Assembly: GCA_049890095.1 (NCBI GenBank)
Contig: JBMHCD010000010.1
Location: forward strand, 48,881 to 112,880
Direction of reading: 5' to 3'
Length of the DNA stretch: 64,000 nucleotides
Source: Flavobacteriales bacterium
GTDB lineage: Bacteria; Bacteroidota; Bacteroidia; Flavobacteriales; UBA7312
The position numbers were made by a program, and so were the translations under genes. This document shows, piece by piece, positions 1 through 10,409 of this stretch; position 1 is the first letter of the stretch; each line of letters begins with the position of its first letter. The notes under the pieces are model-generated. The model did not search any database and was not told the origin of the DNA. It saw nothing but the letters and a program-made list of their open reading frames with translations.

Positions 1-2
1 TG

Positions 3-410
3 TTGAATAAACAAATGGTTTATGTTATTTGGCTTTGTAGTATAATTACTTTGGTACAAATGTTCTTAGGTACTCAAGTAAGAGAAGCAATAGACGAACT
101 CGGCAGAATGGGCATTGGAAGAGAGCAGTGGACCGAAATGCTTGGATTATCCTTTTTTATTCATCGAAGTTTTTCTTGGTTAGTACTGATTCTATTACTT
201 TGGCTAGGTTATAAGAATGAAAAAAGTTTTAAATACCCAACCATACGATGGGCCATAATTATTTTAATTATTGAACTTCTTTCGGGAGTATTATTAGCTC
301 ATTTCAATATGCCCGCATTAGTTCAAACAGCTCATTTAATTTTTGCTACTATTATTTTGGGAATTCTTACGATGTTAGTGTTTCGAGTTCGAATTACGAA
401 GCCTGTCTGA
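3..410 (+). CDS. ctaA: Heme A synthase COX15/CtaA family, C-terminal part (truncated by window edge)
   Basis: Hydrophobic helices with conserved His motifs: QMFLGTQVREAID, FFIHRSFS, QTAHLIFAT. Confidence 0.75.
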   Translation: MNKQMVYVIWLCSIITLVQMFLGTQVREAIDELGRMGIGREQWTEMLGLSFFIHRSFSWLVLILLLWLGYKNEKSFKYPTIRWAIIILIIELLSGVLLAHFNMPALVQTAHLIFATIILGILTMLVFRVRITKPV

Positions 411-1632
411 TTCTTTTTCGAGAATTTCTATTCTCTTATTGAGCTCAAAAATGTGAAGGTATAATTCTTCAATTTTTTCTAAATTTATTTCGGTAGCACG
501 ATTAACAATTATTCCCCCTTGTTTTTGTATTTCTTTGGCAAAAGGAACGCCAGGCAAATGTTTGTGTTTTTTTATAAATTGTTCTATTTTTTCTAGTTTT
601 TCAAAAGTATATTCGGGCTTTAGAATGCTCTCGCCGTTATAGTATTTTTCGAAAACATAATCGGGGGTTAATGCTTCCGGTTGCTAAAATATTACCACTA
701 ACTTCTAACTTTTCACTGGGATTTGTTCCTATACCTACTCGCCCTAAAGAATCAACAATAAAATCTCCTTCGTATTCATTTTTTTCAAATAAACGAAATT
801 CACCCATTCTCACGTAGCCATCACTTTGAACCCATCCAGAAGCACTAAGATATTCTTGGATTGTTATTATAAACAATCGATAATATTGGTAAGCTGTTGT
901 TTGTGAGTTTAATGTATAGTCCCGAACAGTCCAGTTGTTTAGTGTGAAGTCATCCACTTCATGAAGATCAACCCAGTTAATATCATCGTTTGATCCTTGA
1001 AAAAACCAATCAATTGGTGGGTTAGAAGGCGTTTCTAATCGATATCTATTGATAATTCTAGCTGTATCAAGAGTAAGTTTTATCCAATAAGAGTAATCGC
1101 CACTATTAGTTAAGTATAAGGTTTCGGATTGCCAGAAGCTATTTGGATTACCATCTATGATATTTTCCACGTTATTACCGGTGTTTGTAGAAGCTGTTGC
1201 TTTGAGGATACTATTTTCAACTATGGTATCATTTGAATTGACATGAAAAAAAAAACTCTGGTTCTTCAATATTTATTCCAATATTTCCATCATTTTTTAT
1301 TATCATTCTCAGTGAATCATTGGTGTTAAACTTTAGATCTTGATTATTAGTGGTGCCGATAAAATCATTGTTGTTTGCAATATTTCCGTCCGATTTCCAA
1401 TATTTAGACCAATTATTTCCATTGTATTGAAAAATACAATTTTCAGAAACTACAAAAACTAAATTACCATCTATTGGAGAGCTAATATTATTCATTGCAT
1501 TGACATCGGTAACACTATGAATATTTACTAGTTCTGACCCTGTTTGTGCTTGGGAAAAAAAAGGACAAAAAAATAATATTATTAATACTAAAATACAACG
1601 GTTTGCGTTAAATATGTAGGTATGTAGTACAT
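375..1632 (-). pseudogene. Frameshifted secreted fibre/adhesin-like protein: signal peptide, GNIGI repeats, F5/8 type C (discoidin) domain, C-terminal PDYVF...HLPGVP...EKIEEL chaperone-like domain; ~418 aa when reconstructed
   Basis: ORF pieces 1229-1495, 637-1269 and 375-557 plus ATG at 1632 join into one stop-free frame after three single-base corrections (~1591-1594 A4, 1246-1255 A10, 663-667 G5). Could equally be sequencing errors. Confidence 0.65.
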
Positions 1633-1659
1633 ATTAGTAATTTTTTCAATGGTTCAGTT

Positions 1660-1667
1660 CAAATATA
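1660..1667 (-). promoter_or_regulatory. Bacteroidota sigmaA -7 element (TATATTTG) for the fibre-like gene
   Basis: CAAATATA on + strand, 28 nt upstream of ATG 1632. Confidence 0.55.
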
Positions 1668-1698
1668 AAAAAAAACGCCAGTATTCTGGCGTTTTTTT
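1667..1698 (-). terminator. Intrinsic terminator after groEL (bidirectional form)
   Basis: A9-CGCCAG-tatt-CTGGCG-T7. Confidence 0.85.
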
Positions 1699-1726
1699 GT
1701 TTTGGGATTAATTGTACTTGGAATTA

Positions 1727-3364
<1,638 letters not shown>

Positions 3365-3371
3365 TTATTTT

Positions 3372-3641
3372 TTAAATGATTGCAAGGACGTCAGATTCAC
3401 GCATAATTAAATAATCTTGTCCTTCTAATTTAAGTTCTGTTCCAGAATATTTTCCATATAAAATAGTATCGCCAACTTTTACAGTAAGTGGTTCGTCCAC
3501 TTTTCCATTACCAACAGCAACGATAGTTCCTTTCTGTGGTTTTTCTTGTGCTGTGTCAGGAATAATTATTCCAGAAGCTGTTTTTGTTTCTGCCTGAGCT
3601 GGTTGAACCAGTACTCTATCGGCAAGTGGTTTAATGTTCAT
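3372..3641 (-). CDS. groS: Co-chaperonin GroES
   Basis: [10 protein letters not shown]...TASGIIIPD...EKPQKG. Confidence 0.99.
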   Translation of the reverse strand: MNIKPLADRVLVQPAQAETKTASGIIIPDTAQEKPQKGTIVAVGNGKVDEPLTVKVGDTILYGKYSGTELKLEGQDYLIMRESDVLAII

Positions 3642-3678
3642 TGCGTATCTTTTTTATTGATTAACTAAAAAAACTTTA

Positions 3679-3694
3679 TGCATAAAGTATGCCA
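3679..3694 (-). promoter_or_regulatory. Sigma54 -24/-12 promoter upstream of groES
   Basis: Minus strand reads TGGCATACTTTATGCA, with exact GG-N10-GC spacing, ~40 nt upstream of the groES ATG. Confidence 0.7.
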
Positions 3695-3716
3695 TAAAGC
3701 TTTTAATGATTATACT

Positions 3717-3772
3717 ATGACTTTTTTTCAGTTTTTATTAATCTAAGACATAAAAACAAGAAAAGTTGTCAG
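3717..3772. promoter_or_regulatory. Two putative bEBP upstream activator sites (consensus CTGACA-N3-TGTCAG)
   Basis: ATGACT-TTT-TTTCAG (3717-3731) and AAGAAA-AGT-TGTCAG (3758-3772), each 9/12, centres 41 bp apart; a better copy lies at 7956-7970. Confidence 0.45.
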
Positions 3773-4108
3773 TTATTCTTCTTCAGGAGTGTCTAAACTT
3801 GGTAAATCAGGAATTGCCTGTGTTGGTATTACAGCTTCGTCAATTTGCTCTTGAGCCTTCGACTGATTCGAAACACCTATCTCATTTCTTGGAATAGCAA
3901 AGTTAGAGATTAGGGTTAAAACCAATAAAGTGATGGCTAAGTACCAAGTTGCTTTTTCAAGAAAATCGGCCGTTTTTTTAACACCCATTACCTGATTACC
4001 TCCTCCAAAGGTAGCCGAAAGACCTCCTCCTTTAGGGTTTTGTACTAGTACCACAAGTACAAGTAGTACACAAGTAATAACGATTAAAATGGAAAATATT
4101 AAGTACAT
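3773..4108 (-). CDS. secG: Preprotein translocase subunit SecG
   Basis: Two TM helices flanking VLVQNPKGGGLSATFGG. Confidence 0.95.
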   Translation of the reverse strand: MYLIFSILIVITCVLLVLVVLVQNPKGGGLSATFGGGNQVMGVKKTADFLEKATWYLAITLLVLTLISNFAIPRNEIGVSNQSKAQEQIDEAVIPTQAIPDLPSLDTPEEE

Positions 4109-4110
4109 AA

Positions 4111-4812
4111 TTATTTATTTTTTATCAGCTTATTGATTAGTTCAATTTGGCTTGCAAATAAAGAACTTTTTTGGGGATATTTCAAGCTAAGTTCTAAATA
4201 TGCTTTTTTTGCCTTTTCATATTGCTCTTGCTCGAGATAAACTTTTGCTAGAGTCTCAGTAATAAAAGAAGTATTTTCTCTGACGCTGTTTTTTGCTTGT
4301 GCAGAAGCAGAGTAAAAGCTTTCTTTTTTAGCTTCTATTTTTGGGTTTTGCTCTATAAATTGTTCTATTAACTGCAGCTGTTTGTCTAGTTTTTTAGTTG
4401 GTTGTTTAATCTTTTTAGAAGTAGAAAGTTTAAGCCATTCATCAAAAGTATGCATTTCGGTTTCTTTGAACTCTATGGCTTCACCAATTTTTAGTTGCTC
4501 TTTTACTGTAAGAGCAGATTTTTGGATTTCTTTTTTTTGTTTTGCAACTACTTTAACTTTATTTTCAGAGCTATATTTCTTGCTAATGAGATCAAAAAGT
4601 CTACTTCTGTCACCACAATGAGTAGCAGTTATTTTAAGTTGATTATTAAATAAAATACTATTGCAGTTAGAAAGAGCTTTGCTATAAAGCATGTGAGTAG
4701 TAGAGCAATATGGATACATTTCTAGTATGCTCTTAATATCGTTCAAATCTTCAGCTTTTAATACTGAAGGGTCATTAACCCATTTATTATATGTTTCTTT
4801 AGAAATTACCAA
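4111..4812 (-). CDS. Conserved Bacteroidota TPR-like hypothetical protein
   Basis: C-terminal TETLAKVYLEQ...LSLKYPQKSSLFA motif; lies between lptE and secG. Confidence 0.75.
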   Translation of the reverse strand: MVISKETYNKWVNDPSVLKAEDLNDIKSILEMYPYCSTTHMLYSKALSNCNSILFNNQLKITATHCGDRSRLFDLISKKYSSENKVKVVAKQKKEIQKSALTVKEQLKIGEAIEFKETEMHTFDEWLKLSTSKKIKQPTKKLDKQLQLIEQFIEQNPKIEAKKESFYSASAQAKNSVRENTSFITETLAKVYLEQEQYEKAKKAYLELSLKYPQKSSLFASQIELINKLIKNK

Positions 4813-5303
4813 TTTGCTAAGGCTTTGTTAAAAATATCATCTACAAGTTCTTCTATAATTTCTTCCATCAGTTGATCTTCAATTTGAGATAAGTTAGCAT
4901 TACTATCGTAATCTCTATATCTTGAAAAATTACTGTGATAATTGAATTCTTCATCTAATTGGTTGGTGTATTTTACTTTTACGCCAATTTTTAGTCTGTT
5001 TTGTGCAGCAGTTTCGTCCGAACGAATGGCTATAGGCTTTATGGAATAGGAGCTGATTGTACCTTCAAAAATTAAATCGCCGTTTGTATTAATTATGGAT
5101 AAATTAGTCTGATCATTAAAACGGTCTTTTAATACTTCGGTCAGATTATTACTTAATGAAGGCGGTGATGATGCGGTATTGTTTTCAAAATTTTCAATGC
5201 TTACGCTTGTAATATCTTTAGAAATGGAGGCTCCTGTAAAGGAGTAAATGCCACACGAAAGGAAACCAGAAATAAGTAGTAAAATTAGAATGCCTTTTTT
5301 CAC
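4806..5303 (-). CDS. lptE: LptE-family LPS assembly lipoprotein
   Basis: Lipobox FLSC followed by GIYSFTGASI; ends DDIFNKALANW. Confidence 0.85.
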   Translation of the reverse strand: MKKGILILLLISGFLSCGIYSFTGASISKDITSVSIENFENNTASSPPSLSNNLTEVLKDRFNDQTNLSIINTNGDLIFEGTISSYSIKPIAIRSDETAAQNRLKIGVKVKYTNQLDEEFNYHSNFSRYRDYDSNANLSQIEDQLMEEIIEELVDDIFNKALANW

Positions 5304-6469
5304 AATTGATATTCTTTAATTTTTCTGTACAATGTTCTTTCCGAAATACCCAATTCATCTGCAGCATCTTTTCTTCTACCCTGATGGCGATCAAGAGACT
5401 CTCTAATCATATTCATTTCTTGTTCATGCAAAGTCATTATTTTAGGTTGTTCTTCAATAACAGGTTTTTTGGATATGATATTTTTCTGAGGAAGATCTAA
5501 TTGAATATCTTCTTCTAGTATAGAAGGCATATTGCTAATAGGGGACTGGTCTTTCATCAATTCTCTAGTAACTTTTTTGAGATCATTAAGGTCATTTTTC
5601 ATATCGAAGAGTACCTTGTATAGTATTTCTCTTTCAGAAAACTCATTGTCTCTTTTTTCTCCTTTAAACAGTACAGGTGTACTATTTTGCTTTGGAATAT
5701 ATTTTTTTAGTGTTTCTAGATTAATACTACGGTTTTGTTCTATCGCCGAAATTTGTTCGGATAAATTTTTGAGTTGTCGAATATTTCCAGGCCAATTGTA
5801 GCTTTCGAGTAAAGAAATAGCTTCTTCATCTAATCGAATTGAGGGTAAGTGATAGCGATCAGCAAAATCGGCACTAAATTTTCGAAATAACAGATGGATA
5901 TCTTCTTTTCGTTCTCTTAAGGCAGGAATTTTGATATTTACTGTATTTAGTCTGTAGTAAAGATCTTCTCTAAATTTTCCTTTAGCAATAGCGTTTTCCA
6001 TATTGACGTTGGTTGCTGCAACAATACGGACGTTTACTTTTTTAATTTCGCTTGAACCTACTTTCATAAATTCGCCACTTTCTAGTACTCGAAGTAGTCT
6101 TACTTGTGTGCTTAGAGGGAGTTCTCCAACTTCGTCAAGAAAGATAGTACCATTATCAGCAAATTCGAAATAGCCTTTTCGTTGTTCACTAGCTCCAGTA
6201 AACGCTCCTTTTTCGTGTCCAAATAATTCGGAGTCTATCGTTCCTTCAGGAATTGCTCCACAATTTACGGCAATGTATTTATTATGCTTTCGCTGACTTG
6301 CTTCATGAATAATTTTTGGCATAGCTTCTTTACCTGTACCGCTTTCTCCAGTAATTAAAACTGATAAGTCGGTGGCAGCAATTTGTAATGAAGTTTCAAT
6401 AGCACGATCTAATTTGCTTGAGTTACCTATTATACCAAACCGTTGTTTTATTTCTTTGAATTTAATCAT
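5300..6469 (-). CDS. Sigma54-dependent enhancer-binding protein (AAA+ plus Fis HTH) lacking an N-terminal sensor domain
   Basis: [22 protein letters not shown]-terminal [13 protein letters not shown]; AAA domain starts at about residue 12. Confidence 0.95.
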   Translation of the reverse strand: MIKFKEIKQRFGIIGNSSKLDRAIETSLQIAATDLSVLITGESGTGKEAMPKIIHEASQRKHNKYIAVNCGAIPEGTIDSELFGHEKGAFTGASEQRKGYFEFADNGTIFLDEVGELPLSTQVRLLRVLESGEFMKVGSSEIKKVNVRIVAATNVNMENAIAKGKFREDLYYRLNTVNIKIPALRERKEDIHLLFRKFSADFADRYHLPSIRLDEEAISLLESYNWPGNIRQLKNLSEQISAIEQNRSINLETLKKYIPKQNSTPVLFKGEKRDNEFSEREILYKVLFDMKNDLNDLKKVTRELMKDQSPISNMPSILEEDIQLDLPQKNIISKKPVIEEQPKIMTLHEQEMNMIRESLDRHQGRRKDAADELGISERTLYRKIKEYQL

Positions 6470-7917
6470 ACTAATCCTTGTGCTACTCCTATAAGTGTAG
6501 CGGAAGTACAGTCGTTAACTTTTACTAAAACATAGTCTCCCGCTTTGTAATTTTCTTTTGGAAAAACAACTACAGTGTTGTGAGTAGTTCTTCCATATAA
6601 TTTTTCTTTTGATTTTTTAGAAACACCCTCGACAAGTACCTTATGAACTTTATTTAGTCTTTGTTCTACTCTTAATTTTGAATGAACTTGCTGTAAATCA
6701 ATAATTTCTTGTAGTCTTCTTTTTTTAGTTTCTTCGTCAACATCATCCTTCAATTTTCGTTGAGCTTGAGTATTGGGACGTTCCGAATAACTAAACATAT
6801 ATCCGAAATCGTACTTTACGGCATCCATTAAGCTTAGTGTATCTTTATGATCTTCTTCTGTCTCTGTGCAAAAACCGGAAATAATATCCATAGAAATTCC
6901 GCAATCTGGAATAATTGATCTGATGGTTTTTATTCTGTTTAGATACCATTCTCTAGAGTAGCCTCTATTCATTAATTCTAACACTCTACTATTTCCGGAC
7001 TGAACTGGTAAATGAATATACTTACATATGTTGTCGTACTTGGCCATCATGTGTATTACTTCATCAGTCATATCTTTGGGGTGTGAAGTAGAAAATCGAA
7101 CTCTAAGATTGGGATCTACTAAGGCAACTTTTTCTAGTAATTGTGCAAAGTTTACACTTGATTTTTTTGCTTCTTCATCTAACTTATCAAAATCTTTTTT
7201 AAGTCCACCTCCAGACCATAAATAAGAGTCTACATTTTGACCTAGTAATGTAACTTCTTTGTATCCATCAGCAACCAATTGTTGACATTCCTCCACTATG
7301 CTCTGAGGGTTTCTACTTCTTTCTCTTCCTCTTGTAAATGGTACTACACAAAATGAACACATGTTGTCGCATCCTCGCATGATGGAAACAAAAGCTGTGA
7401 TTCCGTTTCCGCCAAGTCGAACAGGATTAATTTCAGCATAGGTCTCTTCTTTAGAAAGAATTACGTTTACTGCCTTGCGACCATCATTAACCTCATCAAT
7501 TAGGTTGGGTAAGTCTCTATATGCATCAGGTCCAACCACAAGATCAACTAATTTTTCTTCTTCCAAAAACTTTTCCTTTAGTCGTTCGGCCATACAGCCC
7601 AAAACTCCTACTACCATTTTAGGATTTTGCTTTCTTTTTATTGCATTGTATACTTTAAGTCGATTGCGTACAGTTGTTTCTGCTTTTTCTCGAATGGAGC
7701 ATGTATTCACTAAAACTAAATTTGCATTTTCAATATTTTTGGTTGTAGAAAACCCTTTTTCTTGAAGAATGGAAGCTACAATTTCACTATCCGAAAAGTT
7801 CATCTGACAGCCATAGCTTTCGATGTACATTTTTTTATCTGAATTAATACTATTCAATTCCAATGATTCCCCCTGTCTTTCTTCAATAATAGTTTTGTTA
7901 TTTTCAATATCTCTCAT
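6466..7917 (-). CDS. miaB: tRNA-2-methylthio-N6-dimethylallyladenosine synthase MiaB
   Basis: [15 protein letters not shown] radical-SAM motif, TRAM tail. Start moved to ATG 7917 because a -7 promoter element lies inside the longer ORF. Confidence 0.97.
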   Translation of the reverse strand: MRDIENNKTIIEERQGESLELNSINSDKKMYIESYGCQMNFSDSEIVASILQEKGFSTTKNIENANLVLVNTCSIREKAETTVRNRLKVYNAIKRKQNPKMVVGVLGCMAERLKEKFLEEEKLVDLVVGPDAYRDLPNLIDEVNDGRKAVNVILSKEETYAEINPVRLGGNGITAFVSIMRGCDNMCSFCVVPFTRGRERSRNPQSIVEECQQLVADGYKEVTLLGQNVDSYLWSGGGLKKDFDKLDEEAKKSSVNFAQLLEKVALVDPNLRVRFSTSHPKDMTDEVIHMMAKYDNICKYIHLPVQSGNSRVLELMNRGYSREWYLNRIKTIRSIIPDCGISMDIISGFCTETEEDHKDTLSLMDAVKYDFGYMFSYSERPNTQAQRKLKDDVDEETKKRRLQEIIDLQQVHSKLRVEQRLNKVHKVLVEGVSKKSKEKLYGRTTHNTVVVFPKENYKAGDYVLVKVNDCTSATLIGVAQGLV

Positions 7918-7939
7918 TTGTTCTTTTAAACTTCTGCTA

Positions 7940-7947
7940 CAAAAATA
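7940..7947 (-). promoter_or_regulatory. SigmaA -7 element (TATTTTTG) of the miaB operon
   Basis: CAAAAATA on + strand, 23 nt upstream of ATG 7917. Confidence 0.6.
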
Positions 7948-7955
7948 TAAAAAAA

Positions 7956-7970
7956 CTGCCATTATGTCAG
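7956..7970. promoter_or_regulatory. Near-perfect palindromic operator CTGCCA-TTA-TGTCAG within the miaB/bEBP promoter
   Basis: 11/12 match to CTGACA-N3-TGTCAG, immediately upstream of the -7 element. Confidence 0.55.
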
Positions 7971-8065
7971 ATATTTTTTTGCTGTAAATAAATATTTATC
8001 TAGCTGATTGCTTTGTTCATCATATTTTGTTAAAAAGTTAGTGTCAATATCGATATTGTTTGTGT

Positions 8066-8073
8066 TATATTTG
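8066..8073 (+). promoter_or_regulatory. SigmaA -7 element (TATATTTG) of topA
   Basis: Exact TAnnTTTG 30 nt upstream of the topA ATG. Confidence 0.65.
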
Positions 8074-8102
8074 TACTCCAAAAATTCATAATTTATTTCT
8101 CT

Positions 8103-10409
8103 ATGGCTAAAAATTTAGTAATCGTTGAGTCGCCAGCAAAAGCAAAAACAATAGAAGGTTTTTTAGGAAAAGATTTTGTAGTTAAATCTAGTATAGGACA
8201 TATAAGAGATTTACCTAAAAAAGGAGGGATGGCAATTGATATAGAAAATGGTTTTGAGCCAAAATATGAAATATCTGCCGATAAAAAAGCTGTAGTCAGC
8301 GAGCTAAAAAAAATTTCTGATAAATCGGAAATGGTTTGGTTAGCAACGGACGAAGACCGTGAAGGAGAAGCTATAGCATGGCACCTTATTGAAGCTTTAA
8401 AGCTTAAAAAAGATAAAACTAAAAGAATTGTTTTCAATGAAATTACTAAAGCCGCTATTTCAAGAGCAGTAGATAATCCAAGGAATTTAGATGTTCAGCT
8501 TGTTAATGCTCAACAGGCAAGAAGAGTGTTGGATAGATTGGTTGGTTTTGAATTATCACCTGTGCTTTGGCGAAAAGTAAAACAGGGATTGTCCGCAGGT
8601 AGAGTACAGTCTGTTGCTGTTCGCTTAATAGTTGAAAGAGAAAACGAAATACGATCTTTCGAGCCAAAATCGGATTATAAAGTTGTAGGTGAGTTTTTAT
8701 CAAAAGACAAAAAAGTATTTAAAGCTGATTTGCCAAAGAGATTTAAAAGTCTTGAAGAGTCCAAAAAATTCTTAAATGATTGCATCAATGCAGAGTTTAC
8801 TATTTCTGCTGTTCAAAAGAAGCCTGCTAAAAAATCGCCAGCTGCACCATTTACAACTTCTACTTTACAGCAAGAAGCGTCTCGAAAGTTGGGCTTTTCA
8901 GTTAGTCAAACTATGAGTGTAGCCCAAAAATTATATGAGGCAGGAAAAATTACATACATGAGAACGGACAGTATGAATTTGTCAGAAGATGCATTGATAG
9001 CTGCTGGATCCTCCATCGCTAAATTGTATGGAGAAAATTATGCCAAAGAACGTCGTTATGCAACTAAATCTAAAGGTGCTCAAGAAGCTCATGAGGCAAT
9101 TCGTCCTACATATATGGAAAATCAAAAGGTTGATGGAGATAGAAATTATCAACGTTTATATGATCTAATTTGGAAAAGAACTATTTCTTCTCAAATGGCT
9201 GATGCTCAATTAGAACGTACAACCGCAAATATTTTGATTTCTGAAAGTGATGAAAAATTTGTTGCTAAAGGAGAAATGATAAAATTTGATGGGTTTTTAA
9301 AGGTTTACATGGAAGGTGTTGATGAAGAAACCGAAGAACAAAGTGGTATGCTTCCAAAGTTAGAGGAAGGTGATTTGGTTAACAATAAAAAGATTAATGT
9401 TAGTCAGCGATTTTCTAAACCTAAAGCAAGATTTACAGAAGCTAGCTTGGTGAAAAAATTAGAAGAGCTTGGTATAGGACGACCATCCACTTATGCAGCA
9501 ACTATTACCACTGTTCAAAATAGAGGATATGTAGAAAAAGGTCAGAGTGAAGGAGTTGAAAGACCGTATCAAGTTTTGATCTTAGAAAATGGTGAGATTG
9601 TAGAGTCTACCAAAACTGAAAAAACAGGCTCGGATAAATCCAAATTACTTCCTACGGATATCGGTATAGTTGTGACTAATTTTTTATTAGAAAATTTTAC
9701 TTCTGTAATGGATTATAGTTTCACGGCTGATGTTGAAAAAGAATTTGATTTAATTGCAAAGGGCGATAAAAAATGGAATGACATGATTGGTCAGTTCTAT
9801 GGACCTTTTGTGGAGAAAGTCAATGATGTAAAAGATAATTCAGACGCGGCAAAAGGACAACGATTGTTAGGTCAAGATCCGAAAACAGGAGAAAATGTTT
9901 ATGTTAGGATTGGTCGATTTGGTCCTATGGCACAAATAGGAGAGGTGTCTGAAGAAGTGAAACCACGTTTTGCCTCCTTGTTAGCTAGCCAAAGTATTAC
10001 TACAATAAGCCTTGAAGAAGCATTGGAGTTGTTCAAATTACCAAGAACAGTTGGGCAGTTCGAACATGAAGAGGTAGTGGCAGCTATAGGACGATTTGGT
10101 CCTTATTTGAGGCACAAAGGAAAATTTGTCTCAATTAAGAAAGTAGAAGGCGATGATCCTATGACGATAAATGAAGAAAGAGCGATAGAATTGATTCTTG
10201 CCCATAGAAAAGCTGAAGCTGAAAAAACCATCAACAGGTTTGAAGGAAATCCATTAGTGCAAGTGCTCAACGGAAGATATGGTCCTTTTATTCAAATAGG
10301 TGAGGGGGCAAGAAAAAATAAAAAGAATGTTAAAATTCCTAAAGGAACTGACCCTAAAACACTAACTAGAGAGGATTGTTTGGAATTGGCTGCAAAACAA
10401 AAAAAATAA
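8103..10409 (+). CDS. topA: DNA topoisomerase I
   Basis: LVIVESPAKAKTI, ATDEDREGEAI, ITYMRTDS active site, GRFGP C-terminal repeats. Confidence 0.99.
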   Translation: MAKNLVIVESPAKAKTIEGFLGKDFVVKSSIGHIRDLPKKGGMAIDIENGFEPKYEISADKKAVVSELKKISDKSEMVWLATDEDREGEAIAWHLIEALKLKKDKTKRIVFNEITKAAISRAVDNPRNLDVQLVNAQQARRVLDRLVGFELSPVLWRKVKQGLSAGRVQSVAVRLIVERENEIRSFEPKSDYKVVGEFLSKDKKVFKADLPKRFKSLEESKKFLNDCINAEFTISAVQKKPAKKSPAAPFTTSTLQQEASRKLGFSVSQTMSVAQKLYEAGKITYMRTDSMNLSEDALIAAGSSIAKLYGENYAKERRYATKSKGAQEAHEAIRPTYMENQKVDGDRNYQRLYDLIWKRTISSQMADAQLERTTANILISESDEKFVAKGEMIKFDGFLKVYMEGVDEETEEQSGMLPKLEEGDLVNNKKINVSQRFSKPKARFTEASLVKKLEELGIGRPSTYAATITTVQNRGYVEKGQSEGVERPYQVLILENGEIVESTKTEKTGSDKSKLLPTDIGIVVTNFLLENFTSVMDYSFTADVEKEFDLIAKGDKKWNDMIGQFYGPFVEKVNDVKDNSDAAKGQRLLGQDPKTGENVYVRIGRFGPMAQIGEVSEEVKPRFASLLASQSITTISLEEALELFKLPRTVGQFEHEEVVAAIGRFGPYLRHKGKFVSIKKVEGDDPMTINEERAIELILAHRKAEAEKTINRFEGNPLVQVLNGRYGPFIQIGEGARKNKKNVKIPKGTDPKTLTREDCLELAAKQKK

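Noticed and set aside
375-410. 36-nt convergent overlap of ctaA and the fibre gene as an assembly junction
   Set aside because: Both proteins end plausibly; cannot be decided without reads
3642-3772. CIRCE element upstream of groES
   Set aside because: No TTAGCACTC-N9-GAGTGCTAA-like sequence is present
7918-7962. 15-aa N-terminal extension of MiaB in the ORF track
   Set aside because: It overlaps the -7 promoter element and the operator; ATG 7917 is the more plausible start
7988-7999. Palindrome ATAAATATTTAT
   Set aside because: AT-only and expected by chance in this composition
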